Positions 61,173 through 64,000 of a stretch of DNA of 64,000 nt are shown piece by piece. Both the position numbers and the translations under genes were made by a program. Source of the DNA: an uncultured Candidatus Rokubacteria bacterium (GTDB taxonomy: Bacteria > Methylomirabilota > Methylomirabilia > Rokubacteriales > CSP1-6); NCBI GenBank assembly GCA_963762145.1, contig CAVXJS010000014.1, positions 64,001-128,000 on the forward strand, in the 5' to 3' direction. Position 1 is the first letter of the stretch. Each line of letters opens with the position of its first letter. The notes under the pieces are model-generated. The model was not told the origin of the DNA. It searched no databases and worked only from the letters and a program-made list of their open reading frames with translations.

Positions 61173-61960
61173 TGAGCGAGCCCGAGGTGAGCGCCAGCCC
61201 CGACGTGGCGGGGGCCGATGAGCACGGCAAGATGTCGTTCTTCGACCACCTGACGGAGCTGCGCAACCGCATCGTCTGGAGCCTCATCCCCTCGGCCGTC
61301 GGACTCGGCATCTCGCTGTACTTCACCCCCGCGGTGATGAAGTTCCTCACCCGCGATCTCAAGACCGAGCTGGTCTTCACCACGCCCACCGAGGCCTTCT
61401 GGACGTACATGAAGGTGGCCATGATCATGGGCCTCTTCATCGCGATGCCGATCATCCTCTGGAACGTGTGGGCCTTCGTGGCTCCGGGCCTCCACAAGCA
61501 CGAGCGCAAGTACGCGGCGCCCTTCGTGATCATCGGGTCGTTCCTCTTCCTCGCGGGCGGGACCTTCGCGCTCTTCGTGGTCGTGCCCTTCGCGATCAGC
61601 TTCCTGGTCACCTTCGGACAGGACCAGGGCCTGCGGGCCATGATCACGGTCTCGAGCTACATCGACTTCATCCTGAAGTTCACGCTCGCCTTCGGGGTGG
61701 TGTTCGAGATGCCGGTGGTGATCACGCTGCTGTCCATGCTCGGCGTCGTGACGCCCCAGTTCCTCTCCAAGAACCGGAAGTACGCGATCCTGATCAACTT
61801 CGTCATCGCCGCCGTCCTGACTCCGACCCCCGACATCGTGAACCAGTCCCTGATGGCCGGTCCGCTCATCATCCTGTACGAGGTCGGCATCATCTGCTCC
61901 CGCGTGGTCAGCCGGAAGAAGAAGGCCCGGACGCCGGCGGGCGAGGAGGTCGCGAAGTGA
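61172..61960 (+). CDS. tatC: Twin-arginine translocase subunit TatC
   Basis: HLTELRNR; FVAPGL..HE; FEMP; TP.PD; LYE. Confidence 0.95.
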   Translation: MSEPEVSASPDVAGADEHGKMSFFDHLTELRNRIVWSLIPSAVGLGISLYFTPAVMKFLTRDLKTELVFTTPTEAFWTYMKVAMIMGLFIAMPIILWNVWAFVAPGLHKHERKYAAPFVIIGSFLFLAGGTFALFVVVPFAISFLVTFGQDQGLRAMITVSSYIDFILKFTLAFGVVFEMPVVITLLSMLGVVTPQFLSKNRKYAILINFVIAAVLTPTPDIVNQSLMAGPLIILYEVGIICSRVVSRKKKARTPAGEEVAK

Positions 61961-63285
61961 CCCCGCTCTCGTTCTCGTCGCTGGACCTGCCCGGACCGGT
62001 GCGCCGCGGCATCGACGACGCGGGCTTCGTCGCCACCACCGCCATCCAGGAGGCGGCCCTGCCGCTCGCCCTGAGGGGCAAGGACGTGGCCGGCCAGTCC
62101 CAGACCGGCACCGGCAAGACGGCCGCCTTCCTGATCGCGGCCTTCACGCGCTGCCTGACCCACCCCGCGCCCGCCCGTAGCGGGGTGACCGCGCCTCGCG
62201 TGCTCATCATCGCCCCCACCCGCGAGCTGGTGGTGCAGATCGAGGCGGACGCACGGCTGCTCGGCGCGCACACCGGCCTGCGCATCCTCTCGGTCTACGG
62301 GGGCATCGACTACAACAAGCAGCGCGAGGATCTCCGGGAGGGCTGCGACGTGCTGGTCGGCACGCCGGGCCGGCTCATCGACTATCTCAAGCAGCACGTG
62401 TGGTCGCCCGGGCATGTCGAGGTGCTCGTCATCGACGAGGCCGACCGGATGTTCGACATGGGCTTCATCGCCGACCTCCGCTTCATCCTGCGGCGGCTGC
62501 CCAAGCCGGAGAAGCGGCAGTCGTTCCTGTTCTCGGCCACGCTGTCGTTCCGAGTGCTGGAGCTGACCTGGGAGTTCATGAACAATCCGGCCCAGATCAG
62601 CATCACCCCGCTGCAGAAGACAGTGGAGAAGGCGGAGCAGGTGCTCTACCACGTCGGCCGCGAGGAGAAGTTCAATCTCATGCTGGGGCTCCTGCGCCGC
62701 GAGGGGGGCAGCCGCATCCTGATCTTCTCGAACACGCGCGAGGAAGCGCGGCGCCTAGAAGACCGTCTGGGGCGGAACGGCTGGCAGGCGCGCGCGCTGA
62801 CCGGGGACGTGGACCAGAAGAAGCGGCTCAAGATCCTGAACGACTTCAAGGACGGGCAGCTCCCGATCCTCGTCGCCACCGACGTGGCGTCGCGCGGCCT
62901 GCACATCGAGGGCGTGAGCCACGTCGTGAACTGGGACATGCCGCAGGACGCCGAGGACTACGTCCACCGGATCGGGCGCACCGCGCGGGCGGGCGCGGCC
63001 GGCAAGGCGATCAGCCTGGTGGACGAGGCGGGCGCGCTCGCGCTCGAGCCCATCGAGAAGTTCATCAGTCAGAAGATCCACGTGGACTGGGCGGAGGACG
63101 AGCTCTACCTGCCCGAGATCAAGCCGACCAGCGAGGAGCGCCGTCGCTACGCGGAGGAGAAGCGCGCGCGCATGGCCGCTCGGGGCGGCGGGGGAGGGCG
63201 CGGCGGCCCGGGCCGCCCGGGCGGTGGTGGCGGCGGGGGTGGCCGTCGCGACGGCCGCTCCTCCGGCCGCGGCCCCCGCCGCTAA
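61957..63285 (+). CDS. DEAD-box RNA helicase (RhlB-like) with Gly/Arg-rich tail
   Basis: QTGTGKT; PTREL; TPGRL; DEAD; SAT; HRIGRTAR. Confidence 0.95.
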   Translation: MTPLSFSSLDLPGPVRRGIDDAGFVATTAIQEAALPLALRGKDVAGQSQTGTGKTAAFLIAAFTRCLTHPAPARSGVTAPRVLIIAPTRELVVQIEADARLLGAHTGLRILSVYGGIDYNKQREDLREGCDVLVGTPGRLIDYLKQHVWSPGHVEVLVIDEADRMFDMGFIADLRFILRRLPKPEKRQSFLFSATLSFRVLELTWEFMNNPAQISITPLQKTVEKAEQVLYHVGREEKFNLMLGLLRREGGSRILIFSNTREEARRLEDRLGRNGWQARALTGDVDQKKRLKILNDFKDGQLPILVATDVASRGLHIEGVSHVVNWDMPQDAEDYVHRIGRTARAGAAGKAISLVDEAGALALEPIEKFISQKIHVDWAEDELYLPEIKPTSEERRRYAEEKRARMAARGGGGGRGGPGRPGGGGGGGGRRDGRSSGRGPRR

Positions 63286-63364
63286 CCCCTTCTCCCTCTC
63301 CCCTTGGGGAGAGGGCAGGGTGAGGGGTCTGGTGGCGAGAGGTCTGGTGGTGAGGGGTCTGACG
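63286..63364. repeat. REP-like palindrome plus three 15-bp tandem repeats
   Basis: CCCTCTCCCC-TT-GGGGAGAGGG (63294-63315); units GTGAGGGGTCTGGTG / GCGAGAGGTCTGGTG / GTGAGGGGTCTGACG (63320-63364). Confidence 0.75.
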
Positions 63365-63366
63365 AC

Positions 63367-64000
63367 ATGAGCGCCGCCCCGCACGTCTCGCTCCGTCTCC
63401 CCGATGACGAGCGCGCTCTCCTCGCCGCTCTCCTCGCCCCCTGGCGCGACCTTCTCTACGCACCCGGTCCCGACTTCACCTCGCCCCTCGACCCTGGCGC
63501 CTACTGCACGAGCATCGTGATCGTCCCGGTCACCGGCCCCGCCGTGCGCCTGTCCTCGGTGGTCATGCCGGCCTTCGGCAGTGAGGTCTGCCGCCTGCGC
63601 CTCGAAGCACTCCCGCACGACCCGCCGCCGAGCCTCGGCTCCTTCTTCGACCTCGCCCGGCCCGGCACCGTGTACGCGCTGACGCCGGAGCGCGGCATCG
63701 CAGCCGCGCGCGCGCCGGATCGAGCGGAGTGGCGCTACGCCGGGGCATCGCTGGCGTCCCGGCTCGGTCGCATTGGCGGGCTGCGCCTGTTGCACGAGCG
63801 CGGCCGCGGCGCGGCCGGCTCCTGGGAGACCGACCGCGGTCTCGTGATCACCGGCGCCGACGGGGATCTGAGCCTCGTGCTGGCGATGGCGGAGCCGGGA
63901 GAGTCGGCGCTATTCCTGCCGACGCCCGGCCTGTACCGGGCGGTGATCGATCCCGCCGCGGCGCGGCAACCCGGGGTCACGGTATCCGACCTGCTGGGGC
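63367..64000 (+). CDS. Hypothetical protein (runs off window edge)
   Basis: MSAAPHVSLRLPDDERALL..., no stop seen to window end; GAGGGG SD-like upstream. Confidence 0.6.
   Translation, partial: MSAAPHVSLRLPDDERALLAALLAPWRDLLYAPGPDFTSPLDPGAYCTSIVIVPVTGPAVRLSSVVMPAFGSEVCRLRLEALPHDPPPSLGSFFDLARPGTVYALTPERGIAAARAPDRAEWRYAGASLASRLGRIGGLRLLHERGRGAAGSWETDRGLVITGADGDLSLVLAMAEPGESALFLPTPGLYRAVIDPAAARQPGVTVSDLLG

Noticed and set aside
61172-61960. tatC without adjacent tatA/tatB as a novel system
   Set aside because: Split tat loci are common; tatA is probably elsewhere in the genome
63320-63364. CRISPR-like array
   Set aside because: 15-bp head-to-tail units without spacers; no cas genes

Overview
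High-GC bacterial chromosomal window with about 62 CDSs and one tRNA. Gene content (several family-5 ABC binding proteins, TRAP, MFS, REP-like palindromes) suggests Ca. Rokubacteria/Methylomirabilota, which is inference only. In order: peptide-type ABC transporter genes and small redox genes (1-8 kb); a 15-gene Wzx/Wzy polysaccharide operon with PglF/PglC/DegT/PglD-like genes plus a PhyH-type dioxygenase and a FemAB-like GNAT (8.4-26.7 kb); a convergent TRAP operon ending in a secreted glycoside-hydrolase-like gene; MFS and flavin monooxygenase; a five-gene AAA+ ATPase/VWA/His-phosphatase/DUF3090/SCO1664-kinase operon; a two-gene unit that looks like a RAPP arrest-peptide translational switch; single-domain globin, mutM, ptrB, ispG; eukaryote-type hexokinase-HAD-pgi; tRNA-Leu-tig-clpP-clpX, rsmI, thiD, tatC and a DEAD-box helicase. 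Best novelty candidate: the 88-aa leader ORF (41370-41636) ending in RAPP, whose Pro-Pro-Arg codons are the exact 9-nt reverse complement of the Shine-Dalgarno region of a downstream small secreted His/Cys protein. Five genes carry single-base indels in G/C runs, probably read errors. No CRISPR, IS or integrase seen. All calls are by motif recognition; no database searches were run.
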